Shown here one piece after another: positions 29,173-39,176 of a DNA stretch of 64,000 nt. Numbering within the stretch: position 1 is the first letter of the stretch; each line of letters opens with the position of its first letter. Position numbers and translations under genes: made by a program. The DNA lies in contig CAVZJJ010000004.1 of assembly GCA_963775555.1 (NCBI GenBank), forward strand, positions 2,971,601 to 3,035,600, written 5' to 3'. This stretch comes from an uncultured Bacteroidota bacterium. GTDB lineage: Bacteria > Bacteroidota > Bacteroidia > AKYH767-A > 2013-40CM-41-45. The notes under the pieces are model-generated. The model made no database searches and had not been told where the DNA came from. It was given only the letters and a program-made list of their open reading frames with translations.

Positions 29173-29553
29173 GGTTACGTTGGTGGTTGGAATTTATTCA
29201 AGTGGTTGTAGTGGTTAAAAACTTCATATGTACACAGTGCATCAATATTAAAATTGTAGAAAACAGGTAAGAGAAAAACAGCTTTCATACAACCAACGAA
29301 TCTAGATCAATTTGTCAAAAAGCGGCATGACGGAAATCTTGTTTAAACCTGTATTTTGTCGCAATAATAACTGCGAAAACGCAGATATTTCCCGGGGATA
29401 ATCTTTGGATGTAAGTACTGTTATAGAACTTCCAAAACAGGGTCTATCGACAATCGTCTGATAAATCTTTGCCAAAATGCAGTCCTTTCAACGGCTTTTG
29501 TCATAGTCAAACCGGCAAATTTTCAATTTCTTTGCTATATTAATCATAACCTC

Positions 29554-30308
29554 ATGCTTTTTACCAAAAATGGTAAGGAAGAGTTGGAAGGAAAAGCCAA
29601 CACTATATTTAAGAACATTGAACTGCATCATTACTGCACTGAGGATCAAAAAAAACTCATTACTGACAATTTAAGCTGCAGAAATTACCACAAAGGAGAA
29701 TTGATTTTCTATGAAGGGCAGCCCTCTTACCTGATCTATTTTGTGTACTCAGGGGCAATTAAACTTTGGAAAGAAGGATTACATAAGGTTGAACAAGTTA
29801 TTCGATTCTCCAAAGAAGGAGACATGCTTGGATTCTGGGCTTCCCTGAAAATAAAAATTACACTTTGTCCGCTACCGCATTGGTTGATTGCCAATTATTC
29901 CATATCCGGAAAGATATATTTCTACCTATAGTGCAGGCCAATTCTGCTTTAAATTTAGTTCTACATGATTACATCATTGAATTAAAAAAAACAGAAGAGG
30001 ATTTAAGAAATATGGCAGAGATGAATGTCCGGGAAAAAGTTGCACATTCTCTTCTTGAATTACTTTCCTTGTTCAAAAACAGCATGGACGAAGAGGCCTA
30101 CAAAACCGTTTTGTCAAGAAAAGAAATATCCGCCTTGTCGGCAGTGAGTGAAGACAGGATAAGTAAGCAATTATCTGAATTTAAAAAGGAAAACATAATC
30201 AAAACTGAAGGTCACAGTACTTTCATTGACCGAAACGCTTTGCAGGAAATAATCAAGCCATATCTATCTCTTCAAAACACCTTGATTTTTTTAAATTTTT
30301 TTATTTAA
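29554..30308 (+). pseudogene. Crp/Fnr-family transcriptional regulator, paralog 1, split by a -1 frameshift in an A-run near 29848-29851.
   Basis: ORF 29554-29931 covers the cNMP-binding half and ORF 29865-30308 covers the HTH half. Restoring one A gives SLKNKNYTLSATALVDCQLFHIRKDIF, collinear with paralog 2. Confidence 0.6.
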
Positions 30309-30386
30309 GGCCCTTTTAATGGAGAAGTCTGCTTCTCATCACTTTTAATGATTGATTTTATTTATTGAACCTCGGAATTCCCTATT

Positions 30387-30434
30387 CCGACAAATGTCTC
30401 CTTTTTTATCGCCCACAAACTTTAGTTTGTTCGG
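30387..30434. promoter_or_regulatory. Palindromic noncoding element downstream of Crp paralog 1: CCGACAAATGTC ... ACAAACTttAGTTTGT ... TTTGTTCGG.
   Basis: GACAaaTGTC palindrome. A nested perfect inverted repeat ACAAACT/AGTTTGT. An outer inverted repeat CCGACAAA/TTTGTTCGG. Confidence 0.4.
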
Positions 30435-30640
30435 CTTTGGACAACTCTCAGCGTACCACATGTTGTTTCTTTGCATAGGTATTTGTCGCTAATTCTTATT
30501 AAAAGACGAACAAATACGGTAGGTATCATAAACCAAACCGATGCAAGCATGAAACGAATTCTGATTTATCTGCTGATTTCTGCTCTAAAACGATAAAAAT
30601 ATTCAATCAGTCACTTGCCAAAAAAATAAAATTCCTCAAA

Positions 30641-31414
30641 ATGGCACACCCAAATTCTAAAACATCTTACTTCAATATGATATCCGCAAGAAATGCAAAT
30701 CAAGATATAGATAGCAAAGTTAAAACTATCTTTAAAAACAGCTCTCTCAATCAGAGTTGCACAGAAGAACAGAAAAACCTGATTGTAGAAAATATGAGTA
30801 GCAGGAATTACCATAAGGGGGAAGTTATTTTCTACGAAGGGCAGCCATCATTTCTTATCTACTTTATCTACTCCGGAGTAATAAAACTGTGGAAAGAAGG
30901 ATTACATAAAGATGGACAGATCATCCGCTTTGCAAAGGAAGGCGACATGATGGGCTTCTGGGGGTCTCTGGAAAACGCCAATTATTCTTTAACGGCTACA
31001 GCAATCACGGATGCCCAATTGGTCTATATTAAAAAGGATATTTTCCTACCGGTGGTTCAAACTAATTCGGCACTTAGCACCATTCTTCATGACTATATTA
31101 AAGAACTTAAAAAAACGGAAGAAGACCTAAGAAACATGGCCGACATGAATGTCAGGGAAAAGGTAGCACACTCCATTTTAGTTTTGCTTAACCTTTTCAA
31201 AAATAAAATGGATGAGATCGCCTTTAGAATAGTCTTATCCAGAAAAGAGATCGCTGCATTATCAGCAATATGCGAGGATCGGGTGAGTAAACAGTTATCT
31301 GATTTCAAAAAAGAGAAAATAATAATAGTAAACGGCAAAAATGTATTCATCGATCAAAATGCATTAAAAAAGATCGTACCCATTGCCAATCTTATGGATC
31401 ATGGCAATCGCTAA
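30641..31414 (+). CDS. Crp/Fnr-family transcriptional regulator, paralog 2 (intact).
   Basis: cNMP-binding domain (YHKGEVIFYEGQP...GFWGSL) plus a C-terminal HTH (VLSRKEIAALSAICEDRVSKQLS). About 70% identical to paralog 1. Confidence 0.75.
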   Translation: MAHPNSKTSYFNMISARNANQDIDSKVKTIFKNSSLNQSCTEEQKNLIVENMSSRNYHKGEVIFYEGQPSFLIYFIYSGVIKLWKEGLHKDGQIIRFAKEGDMMGFWGSLENANYSLTATAITDAQLVYIKKDIFLPVVQTNSALSTILHDYIKELKKTEEDLRNMADMNVREKVAHSILVLLNLFKNKMDEIAFRIVLSRKEIAALSAICEDRVSKQLSDFKKEKIIIVNGKNVFIDQNALKKIVPIANLMDHGNR

Positions 31415-31842
31415 GCTGGTAAGCCATTCATTATATTAATTGAGACTAACAATTTGGGGGTTTCTCAAGGTAGTTAATCCACAAGTCTTCAATTCTATGA
31501 ACCATGATTCGACCAGGGTTAAGAATAGTTCCGGATATTCGAATCTATTAATTTATTTCCCTTTTTCAGCAGTTTTAAGAATAGATAAATTTGCAATAGC
31601 ATTACACCCGGCTTTTATATTTTTATAAATCTTTTGTACTGAATATATGCTACGGTCTGTTTACTTACCCTGATATTTCCAGAAAAACCCTTACCAATGT
31701 CTAATGACATCAAGGCAAAATGTGGCTCTGCCCAGGTTTGCCTTTTTTCATGTTTGATGCTTTCATTTTCTTCAAATAACCACACTTCTTTTCTCAGGCA
31801 GGCAAAATTCAAGAGCAAGGTTTTTTAAAATAAAATGTGGAT

Positions 31843-31914
31843 CCCGACAAATGTCGCTGACACGAAAGGCCACAAACTAACTTTTGTCCGTCAACGAACA
31901 ATGTTTTTTATCGG
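31843..31914. promoter_or_regulatory. Second copy of the same palindromic element, downstream of Crp paralog 2 and about 260 bp upstream of the NrfC-like gene.
   Basis: CCCGACAAATGTC ... CACAAACTaacTTTTGTCCG ... TTTTTTATCGG, collinear with the copy at 30387-30434. Confidence 0.4.
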
Positions 31915-32109
31915 GCATGCCACCATCTTTACACCGTGAAATTAGATTCCATCAATACAAATAAGAAGATGATACAGAGCGAAAATCTTTGTTTCACAAA
32001 ATTTGAAACTGCTGAATACTTATCCGGCATGACATTTTTCCACTTCCCGATGCAATCAATTATAAAAGCTGGCACTAATTGTATACATATATAATAGAGA
32101 AATAATTTT

Positions 32110-33057
32110 ATGGAAACTGAAAATAACAATTCAAACTCTAATGAGAAACGTTCAAGCCGCCGGGGCTTTCTGAAATTAGGACTGTTAGCCGGTGGAGCCG
32201 CCTTAGCGGCAACAGAAGTTACGAAACTTCTTGGACAAACCCCTGATGAATCAGGAGAGAAAGTAAAACTCCTGACAAAAGACGGAAAACTTGTTGAAGT
32301 ACCGGGCTCACAAGTCAAAGAGGTTCCCATTGAAAAATTTTCCGGTGAAAAGGTTAGAAAAGGTATCCCCGGAAAAAAATTCGTACGGGTGATCGACCTT
32401 TCCAGATGCGCCAATGAAAGAGCCTGCGTGGAAGGCTGTCAGAAAAAGCACAACTTACTTCCACCGGTAGAATGGATCAAAGTAAAAAAAATGCAGGATG
32501 TCGAGTTGGAATCTCCTTATTGGCTTCCTCAAATGTGTTACCACTGCGACAATCCCCCTTGCACTAAGGTTTGCCCTGTTGATGCTACCTTCAAAAGAAG
32601 CGATGGCATCGTTGCTATTGATGCTGAGCGCTGCATAGGTTGCAAATTCTGTATGGCAGCCTGTCCATATTCAGCACGTACATTCAATTTTGGACGACCA
32701 GAGCAGACTGCATATTTTGAAAAACACAAAGATGATCCGGGCAAATGTCCATCAAGTGATCCAAGTGTGGTCGGCACCGTGTCAAAATGCGACGGCTGTC
32801 CGGATGAAATGGCTAAAGGAATCCTTCCGCAATGCGTAAAGAAATGTCCTAATGGTGCAATATACTATGGCGATGAAATTGAAGATGTGGTATCCAATGG
32901 TGAAGATGTATTTCAACTTACCGCTTTACTGACCGAAAGGGCCGGCTACCGCCAATTTGATGCATTAGGTACTAAACCAAGGGTTTATTATTTGCCTCCG
33001 GTGAAGAGAATTTTCCCATTCCAGGATGCAACTGAAAAACATAATACCATAGAATAA
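32110..33057 (+). CDS. Tat-exported 4x[4Fe-4S] ferredoxin-type subunit (NrfC/PsrB/DmsB/ActB-like).
   Basis: Twin-arginine signal SRRGFLKLGLLAGGAALAAT. Four Cys clusters (CYHCDNPPCTKVCP, CIGCKFCMAACP, CDGCPDE...CVKKCP and an N-terminal variant). Confidence 0.75.
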   Translation: METENNNSNSNEKRSSRRGFLKLGLLAGGAALAATEVTKLLGQTPDESGEKVKLLTKDGKLVEVPGSQVKEVPIEKFSGEKVRKGIPGKKFVRVIDLSRCANERACVEGCQKKHNLLPPVEWIKVKKMQDVELESPYWLPQMCYHCDNPPCTKVCPVDATFKRSDGIVAIDAERCIGCKFCMAACPYSARTFNFGRPEQTAYFEKHKDDPGKCPSSDPSVVGTVSKCDGCPDEMAKGILPQCVKKCPNGAIYYGDEIEDVVSNGEDVFQLTALLTERAGYRQFDALGTKPRVYYLPPVKRIFPFQDATEKHNTIE

Positions 33058-33094
33058 CAGAACTATCAAAAACCAAAAAAACAACTAAATAAAA

Positions 33095-34573
33095 ATGGAA
33101 AATCCAACAATTGCGTATAGATACGGAGTAACGGAAAAGTTGAGGTTAAAACTCCGACAGGAAGAAGCACACCGTCAGGCTCTGGAAAATGGCATGAAGG
33201 AGGACTATACCTCTGCTTCCGAAATAAAGATAACAGAAAAGTACAATGTGATGGAGAAAGACTTGCTTCACCCAATTCAAAAAATTGGTGTTGCGGGGAA
33301 AGTATGGATTGGCTTTCTGATAGCTGTTGTGTTGGCTGGACTTTATGCATATTATTTACAGGAATCTAAAAGTAAATACGAAACAATCGCCTTGCGCGAC
33401 TACGTCATGTGGGGTGTTTACATTTCCACTTTTGTGTTCTATGTTGCCCTTAGTCTTGTAGGCGCATTAATGTCGGCCATACTGAAGTTAATAAATTTCG
33501 AATGGTATCGGCCCTTAGCCCGGATCGCTGAAATAATTGCAGTATCGGCAATAATCATGGCGGGAATTTGTATCGTAGCCGCAATGGGAAAACCCGACAG
33601 GTTACATTACCTGCTTCTTTACGGAAGAATCCAATCACCAATTGTTTGGGACGTAATTGTAATCGTTACTTACATTTTCCTCAGCTGTTTATTTTTATTC
33701 ATGGCTCTGTTACCTGAGATAACTATCTGCCGTGACCGTCTCACCAATATTCCTGCCTGGCAAAAATGGTTATATCGAAACCTTTCTTTCGGCTGGACCG
33801 GTGCACCTGAACAATGGAAAATTGTAAAAAGGAGCGTCAAACTTTTAGCCATCATGGTAATACCGGTTGGAGTCTCCATTCATACAGTAACTGCCTGGTT
33901 GTTCGCAACAACTTTGCGGGCTGAATGGGACAGCACTAACTTCGGACCCTATTTTGTATCAGGAGCGTTTTTATTAGGTGCTGCAGCGATGATTGTTGCA
34001 GTATTCATTTTCCGTAAGGCATATCACTTCGAAAAATACCTGACCACGAAACATTTTAACAGCATGGGTATTATGTTGGTTTTCCTGGCCCTGTGCTATA
34101 CATACTTTAATGTAAATGAATACCTGGTTCCTTCATATAAAATGAGCGGATTACATGCGAATCACCTGCTTGATTTATTTGTAGGAGAAACAGCTCCTAT
34201 GTACTGGATGGTAGCGTTCTTTGGATTCATCATTCCTGCTACCCTTCCAATGTTCCCTGCAATGCGCAAACCGGTACCTCTAACCATCATCGCATTAACT
34301 ACTGTCATTGCAGCATGGTTCAAACGATATTTAATTGTTATCCCCGGACTTTCTCATCCATATCTCCCTATTCAGGATGTACCTCAATCATGGATGCATT
34401 ACACTCCAAGTCTTGTGGAAATGACAGTTGTTATAGGTACACTGGCAGCAATGCTGTTAATTATCACATTATTCTCAAGATTGTTTCCAATTATTTCGAT
34501 CTGGGAAGTTGCAGAAGGAGAAGGAGTTAAAATCGAAAATATTAATCAACCGGCTAAAGTCAAAAAAGTATGA
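33095..34573 (+). CDS. NrfD/PsrC-family integral membrane quinol-interacting subunit (ActC-like).
   Basis: 492-aa protein with about 10 TM helices. Sits directly after the NrfC-like gene. Confidence 0.7.
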   Translation: MENPTIAYRYGVTEKLRLKLRQEEAHRQALENGMKEDYTSASEIKITEKYNVMEKDLLHPIQKIGVAGKVWIGFLIAVVLAGLYAYYLQESKSKYETIALRDYVMWGVYISTFVFYVALSLVGALMSAILKLINFEWYRPLARIAEIIAVSAIIMAGICIVAAMGKPDRLHYLLLYGRIQSPIVWDVIVIVTYIFLSCLFLFMALLPEITICRDRLTNIPAWQKWLYRNLSFGWTGAPEQWKIVKRSVKLLAIMVIPVGVSIHTVTAWLFATTLRAEWDSTNFGPYFVSGAFLLGAAAMIVAVFIFRKAYHFEKYLTTKHFNSMGIMLVFLALCYTYFNVNEYLVPSYKMSGLHANHLLDLFVGETAPMYWMVAFFGFIIPATLPMFPAMRKPVPLTIIALTTVIAAWFKRYLIVIPGLSHPYLPIQDVPQSWMHYTPSLVEMTVVIGTLAAMLLIITLFSRLFPIISIWEVAEGEGVKIENINQPAKVKKV

Positions 34574-35139
34574 AAAATTATTTAAAAAGCAGCCTGCTTC
34601 GCAATTGTTTACTGCTCGTTGCACTATCAACACCCGCTTGTTTATTCGCACAAGAGGACGAAATGAAAATCAAATTAGACTTAGCGATAGAAGACAGCGT
34701 CAGGGTTTGTAATGCAATCGTCACAGATGCCGACTCAAAACCACTTAGCGGAGTATCCGTAAATTTTTACATAAAACGTAGCGTTGGTTTACTGCCGATT
34801 GCACGCATGGAAAACACAGATGAAAATGGGGCAGCGAGCGCTGCATTTCCTTCAAAAATTCCCGGAGACAGCCTTGGAAATGTTACTGTTATTGCAAGTC
34901 TTGAAGACGATGACGCTATTGCGGACCAAAAAATTATTGCATGGGGTACTAAAACGGTTTATACAAATCACCTTGATCAACGATCTCTTTGGGCTTCAAG
35001 GTCAAATGCGCCAACATACCTGATTATCGCTTCTAATACAATCATATTAGGTATCTGGGGTACCGCGGGGTATATCCTTTATATGTTATTCTTCAAAATG
35101 AAAAAGAGTGGATTTAATTATAATCCAAAACAAAAATAA
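34570..35139 (+). CDS. Secreted protein with an Ig-like/carboxypeptidase-regulatory-like fold and a C-terminal TM anchor, translationally coupled to the NrfD-like gene.
   Basis: ATGA overlap with the upstream gene. Signal peptide. C-terminal hydrophobic helix IIASNTIILGIWGTAGYILYMLFF. Confidence 0.4.
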   Translation: MKNYLKSSLLRNCLLLVALSTPACLFAQEDEMKIKLDLAIEDSVRVCNAIVTDADSKPLSGVSVNFYIKRSVGLLPIARMENTDENGAASAAFPSKIPGDSLGNVTVIASLEDDDAIADQKIIAWGTKTVYTNHLDQRSLWASRSNAPTYLIIASNTIILGIWGTAGYILYMLFFKMKKSGFNYNPKQK

Positions 35140-35176
35140 TTTCAGTTCATCAATCAAACAACTAAATATTAAAGTT

Positions 35177-35647
35177 ATGAAAAATGTAATCACAAAATCA
35201 GCACTATTCCTGGTAGGAATAACTGTTGCGAGTATTCTGGCATTTGGTCCCGTCATTTTAGCAGGCGATGATCCGGCAGCAAAACAAACTGGCAAACCTT
35301 GGCCATGTCCTGAAAGCTATGCAAAAATGGAGAACCCTATTAAACCTGAGAAAGGCATCCTGGACGCCGGAAAAGACGTATGGGAAAGTCATTGTAAATC
35401 TTGTCATGGAAAAACAGGAAGAGGAGATGGCACAAAAGCCAAAAATCTTGATATCACTTGCGGAGATTTTAGTTCTGAAGAGTATCAAAGCAAAAGCGAC
35501 GGTGAATTATTCTGGAGAGTCACCGAAGGAAGGAAACCAATGCCTACCAATAAAGACAAAATATCTGACATAGAAAGATGGTCAGTGATATTGTACACAC
35601 GCACTTTTGCAAAGAAAGCTGATGATGCCCAAATACTCATTCAATAA
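35177..35647 (+). CDS. Monoheme c-type cytochrome (copy 1).
   Basis: Signal peptide. CKSCHGKTGRGDGT heme-binding motif. MPTNKD Met-ligand region. Confidence 0.65.
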   Translation: MKNVITKSALFLVGITVASILAFGPVILAGDDPAAKQTGKPWPCPESYAKMENPIKPEKGILDAGKDVWESHCKSCHGKTGRGDGTKAKNLDITCGDFSSEEYQSKSDGELFWRVTEGRKPMPTNKDKISDIERWSVILYTRTFAKKADDAQILIQ

Positions 35648-35757
35648 TAAACACAAGAGCAGTGTGAAGGGCTGCATCTTGTGCTCAATTGTAATCTTTG
35701 AATAAATTTAATAACGCTTAAAAGGATTATTAACTATTAATCACAATTAAATCAATT

Positions 35758-36189
35758 ATGAAAACATCAATTAGAAATCTGAAAACCTTCCTTGTAGGAA
35801 TTACTTTAACCGGTTTAGTATTTTACGGATCAAATTCCCTGGCGGGAGATGACAAGCCCGCAGGAAAACCATGGCCATGCCCTGAGAAAAATGCAAGTAT
35901 GACAAGTCCTGTAAAGGCAGATGCAAGCACGATTGCCGCAGGAAAAGAATTGTGGAGCTTGCATTGCAAGTCTTGTCATGGAAAAACCGGCTTAGGTGAC
36001 GGAACAAAAGCAGAGAGCATAGAAATCTCCTGCGGTGATTTTACTTCGGACAGCTATCAAAAACAATCCGATGGAGAACTTTTCTGGAAAACAACAGAAG
36101 GTAGAAAACCAATGCCTTCTTTTAAACAGAAACTATCCGAAACAGAAAGCTGGTCGATTATATTGTATACAAGGACATTCAAAAAATAA
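35758..36189 (+). CDS. Monoheme c-type cytochrome (copy 2, a tandem paralog).
   Basis: CKSCHGKTGLGDGT. Collinear with copy 1 (KPWPCPE...ELFW...TEGRKPMP...SWSIILYTRTF). Confidence 0.65.
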   Translation: MKTSIRNLKTFLVGITLTGLVFYGSNSLAGDDKPAGKPWPCPEKNASMTSPVKADASTIAAGKELWSLHCKSCHGKTGLGDGTKAESIEISCGDFTSDSYQKQSDGELFWKTTEGRKPMPSFKQKLSETESWSIILYTRTFKK

Positions 36190-36555
36190 AGTCCAATTTA
36201 AATGGACCTAAACCGGTTCCTGAACAAGCAATTTTTTATATAATGCAAAATTTACTCTTAATATTTTCTGAATTTTTCGGGTTATAAAGAAGAAATAAAA
36301 ACCCTTCAACCGGGTGTAGCATCAAAATTTAGTTGTTTGATGTCTATGCCCGGTCTTTTTTTTGACGGTCTTCAATTCAGAATGGATAACCAATGGCAAT
36401 GTTCCAGATTAAATTTTCCCGGCGCCATGATGAACTTCCAAAAGATATTTTATCTACTACCCATCGATCCGCTTCAGGCAACCATGGTTTACGCAGGGGA
36501 AAATCCCCGTCGAGTCGAAGGATAATAAAAGTAAAATATATTAATCGTTTTTTAT

Positions 36556-37068
36556 CTACTCTTTAATAAACCTCTTCAACGAAATTCCATTCCCTGAAAC
36601 AATTTTCAAAAAATAAACTCCGGGCAAGAGCTTCGAAGTATTCAGCACCGCAAATTCTCCATGATTAGCAACCGAAATTGGAAGACTTATCTGCTGAGAC
36701 ATCGCATTATAAACAACTACCCCCACTGAAATAGTTGAAGCCGGCTTATGGACATACAAAACATTTAGTACCGGATTTGGAAATATTGAAAATGGCGTTA
36801 AGGGTTTAGTAATTCCTGTATTGAGCACAATCAATGGAACTGACGAATAGGAACAGCCGGATTGAAGAGTAACTTTCACTTGATAGCTTCCCTGCTGATT
36901 GATCACCAGAAATGAATCAACACCTGAGCTGATCAGTGTACTGTCCAAAAACCAATCATAGTATATTCCTGATAGGTTCGTAAAAAGAGTATCCCCTGAA
37001 ATAGTCAGCACAGGATAAGGTGCCGGTTCCAAGGAAACAGTGTCACTATTTATTGGACAAGAAAACAA
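36556..37068 (-). pseudogene. Gene remnant: the C-terminal piece of a T9SS cargo protein (beta-sandwich plus a type-A CTD) with no signal peptide or N-terminal region.
   Basis: Ends in the canonical CTD IFPNPVLNVLYV...LLPGVYFLKIVSGNGISLKRFIKE. Only about 170 bp lie upstream before the next gene. No secretion signal. Confidence 0.4.
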
Positions 37069-37242
37069 ATACGTATAAATATTTTGATACCCGAAAAGTT
37101 CAGCTTACAAGGCCGTCAAGGGCGAAATGACCGTAAACACGGGCTTTCCCACAACATTCCCTGACGAGGTTTTCAGATTCAATGAACACAATTTCATCCG
37201 GGTGATTGCAATACCCTGTCTGAAGGTTCAAATTGAGAATAA

Positions 37243-38790
37243 TTATTTAAATAATTTTCTCGTGAATGCAGTCTGGTTAGTTTCTACCCTGATAAAATAA
37301 ATTCCGTTTGGCAGCCCTGAAACCGAAAAATCATTTTTAGAATATTCATTTACTAATTTTCCCTGCATGTTAAAAAGTTCAATCTGTTTTATTTTTTGCT
37401 TGCCGGTAAATACATGAACCGTTTCTGTAGACCTATTCAAAGAAACAGCAAATTCATCTGTAGAATAAACCGGAGACTTATTGCTGGTTATATTGTCCAG
37501 ATTTGCTTTCCGAAAATAGATGTCTTCCTTAGTCATTCCATTATTGCGGTTATCCGACCAAACACTATATACATCATTCGTCGTCAAAGCAACTCCCAGA
37601 AAATCATTTCCACGGACAAGATTGATGAACGGGGAAGGGATTGAACTTAAGCAGTAATTGGGTGAGAAACTAAAACCTCCATTTGTAGAAGTAGCAGTAT
37701 AAATTTCATAGTCGGAGGTGTCGTTCGAAAGTCCATTTCTTCTGTCACGCCAAACAACCGCGTAAGTACCATCAGACGAAAATGATCCCCATGACATGTC
37801 TTGCCCCTTTCCGTTGTTGGTAGCATCATCATTCACCCGCACCGGAACGCTGCTCCAGGTATTCCCGCCATCCATAGAAAACAAACTAAGAATATCAGGA
37901 TCACCATATCGCGCATCAACCGCCTGGAAGATTAAATTGCCGGCGTCAGCAGGATTCGCCACCATTGAATAACTTCCCTGATATAAAGTATCAGTAATTG
38001 CAGAGCCGACTACCGGATATGTAATAGTTGTCTGCGCAAAGGTAGTTCCACCATCTGTTGATTTTGTACAAACAAATCGCGGAAAAGGATTTTGAGTAGT
38101 GTCCCAGGATGCATAGGCACAATAAAAGGTTCCATCTGCACCAACTGCAGGCGTGCCCATGATATTGTTCAGGGAACCCACCGCAACCGGATCGTCCAAA
38201 CGGACAAGTGGTGAAAACGTATTAGCGGTGTCCGTTGAAATACTAAGCCATATCTTGTGAGATACCGTAGCCGCGTAATAACTTTTTGTAACAATATAAA
38301 TCCGTCCTCCATACATAGAATTGCTTTGATCACAAACAATCCAGGGTCGGTCAATGGGCAAATCGGGTTCTGCCATTGCATTAGCAGCATTTACAGGATT
38401 ACTCCATGAGATTCCGCCGTCAACGGATTTGGCTACACGAACAAAACCTGAATCAAGCGACAACTTATAGTCTACGTAACAAATAAATGCAGTTCCGGAA
38501 AGATTGAACGCCAGAGATACATCCGCGGAAGTGATCAGAATATTTCCGGAAAAATGCGGGAGGTAATTTACATTTCCCCAGGTAACGCCACCGTCGAAAG
38601 AAGATTTAGTTGCAATTCCCGGAGGATACGAGACAGACATCCAGGCAGCGATCAGGTTATCGGGATTTGCCGGATTTATCGCTATAAAAGGTTCTGTTTC
38701 GCGGGCGATAGTAGCGCTGATATTCAAGTCCGTTTGAGAGAAACAAAAAAGGGACATATTAAATAAAACAAACAATAATACATACTTCAT
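37243..38790 (-). CDS. T9SS-secreted BNR/Asp-box (sialidase-like) beta-propeller protein.
   Basis: Signal peptide. Repeats SFDGGVTW, SVDGGISW, STDGGTTF, SMDGGNTW, STNGGFSF. C-terminal CTD (LPNGIYFIRVETNQTAFTRKLFK). Confidence 0.6.
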   Translation of the reverse strand: MKYVLLFVLFNMSLFCFSQTDLNISATIARETEPFIAINPANPDNLIAAWMSVSYPPGIATKSSFDGGVTWGNVNYLPHFSGNILITSADVSLAFNLSGTAFICYVDYKLSLDSGFVRVAKSVDGGISWSNPVNAANAMAEPDLPIDRPWIVCDQSNSMYGGRIYIVTKSYYAATVSHKIWLSISTDTANTFSPLVRLDDPVAVGSLNNIMGTPAVGADGTFYCAYASWDTTQNPFPRFVCTKSTDGGTTFAQTTITYPVVGSAITDTLYQGSYSMVANPADAGNLIFQAVDARYGDPDILSLFSMDGGNTWSSVPVRVNDDATNNGKGQDMSWGSFSSDGTYAVVWRDRRNGLSNDTSDYEIYTATSTNGGFSFSPNYCLSSIPSPFINLVRGNDFLGVALTTNDVYSVWSDNRNNGMTKEDIYFRKANLDNITSNKSPVYSTDEFAVSLNRSTETVHVFTGKQKIKQIELFNMQGKLVNEYSKNDFSVSGLPNGIYFIRVETNQTAFTRKLFK

Positions 38791-39176
38791 GGGCTCAGCG
38801 CATTTTATTATTCAGGATGAAACCATCTACAAGATACAAATTATATTAAGCCGATTTTATTAATAAGCAAGACTTAATCTACAAAAATCATCAGAAAGAG
38901 TTTTCAGGGAGGTGTTTGCAGAACCTTCTCCTTAATTTATAGTCACTTATAGTATAGCTCTTCTCCAACATAAGACTCAGAGACATTGTGTTGTGATAAA
39001 TATTTTCATACATTTACTTTTCTCATGGCTTGTAATTAAGCTAATTCAGAAGGTAAATTAATCTGAATACAATTCCTTTTAAAGCTAAAGGATTCAACAT
39101 ATTCATTTTAATTTTCTATATTTCACTTTTAAGATCAATAATTCGTAGGTTTATCTATAAATAAATTCATACAATC

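Noticed and set aside
36180-36215. Hairpin GTCCAatttaaaTGGAC after the second cytochrome c gene
   Set aside because: Only a 5-bp stem with no downstream T-tract. Not convincing as a terminator.
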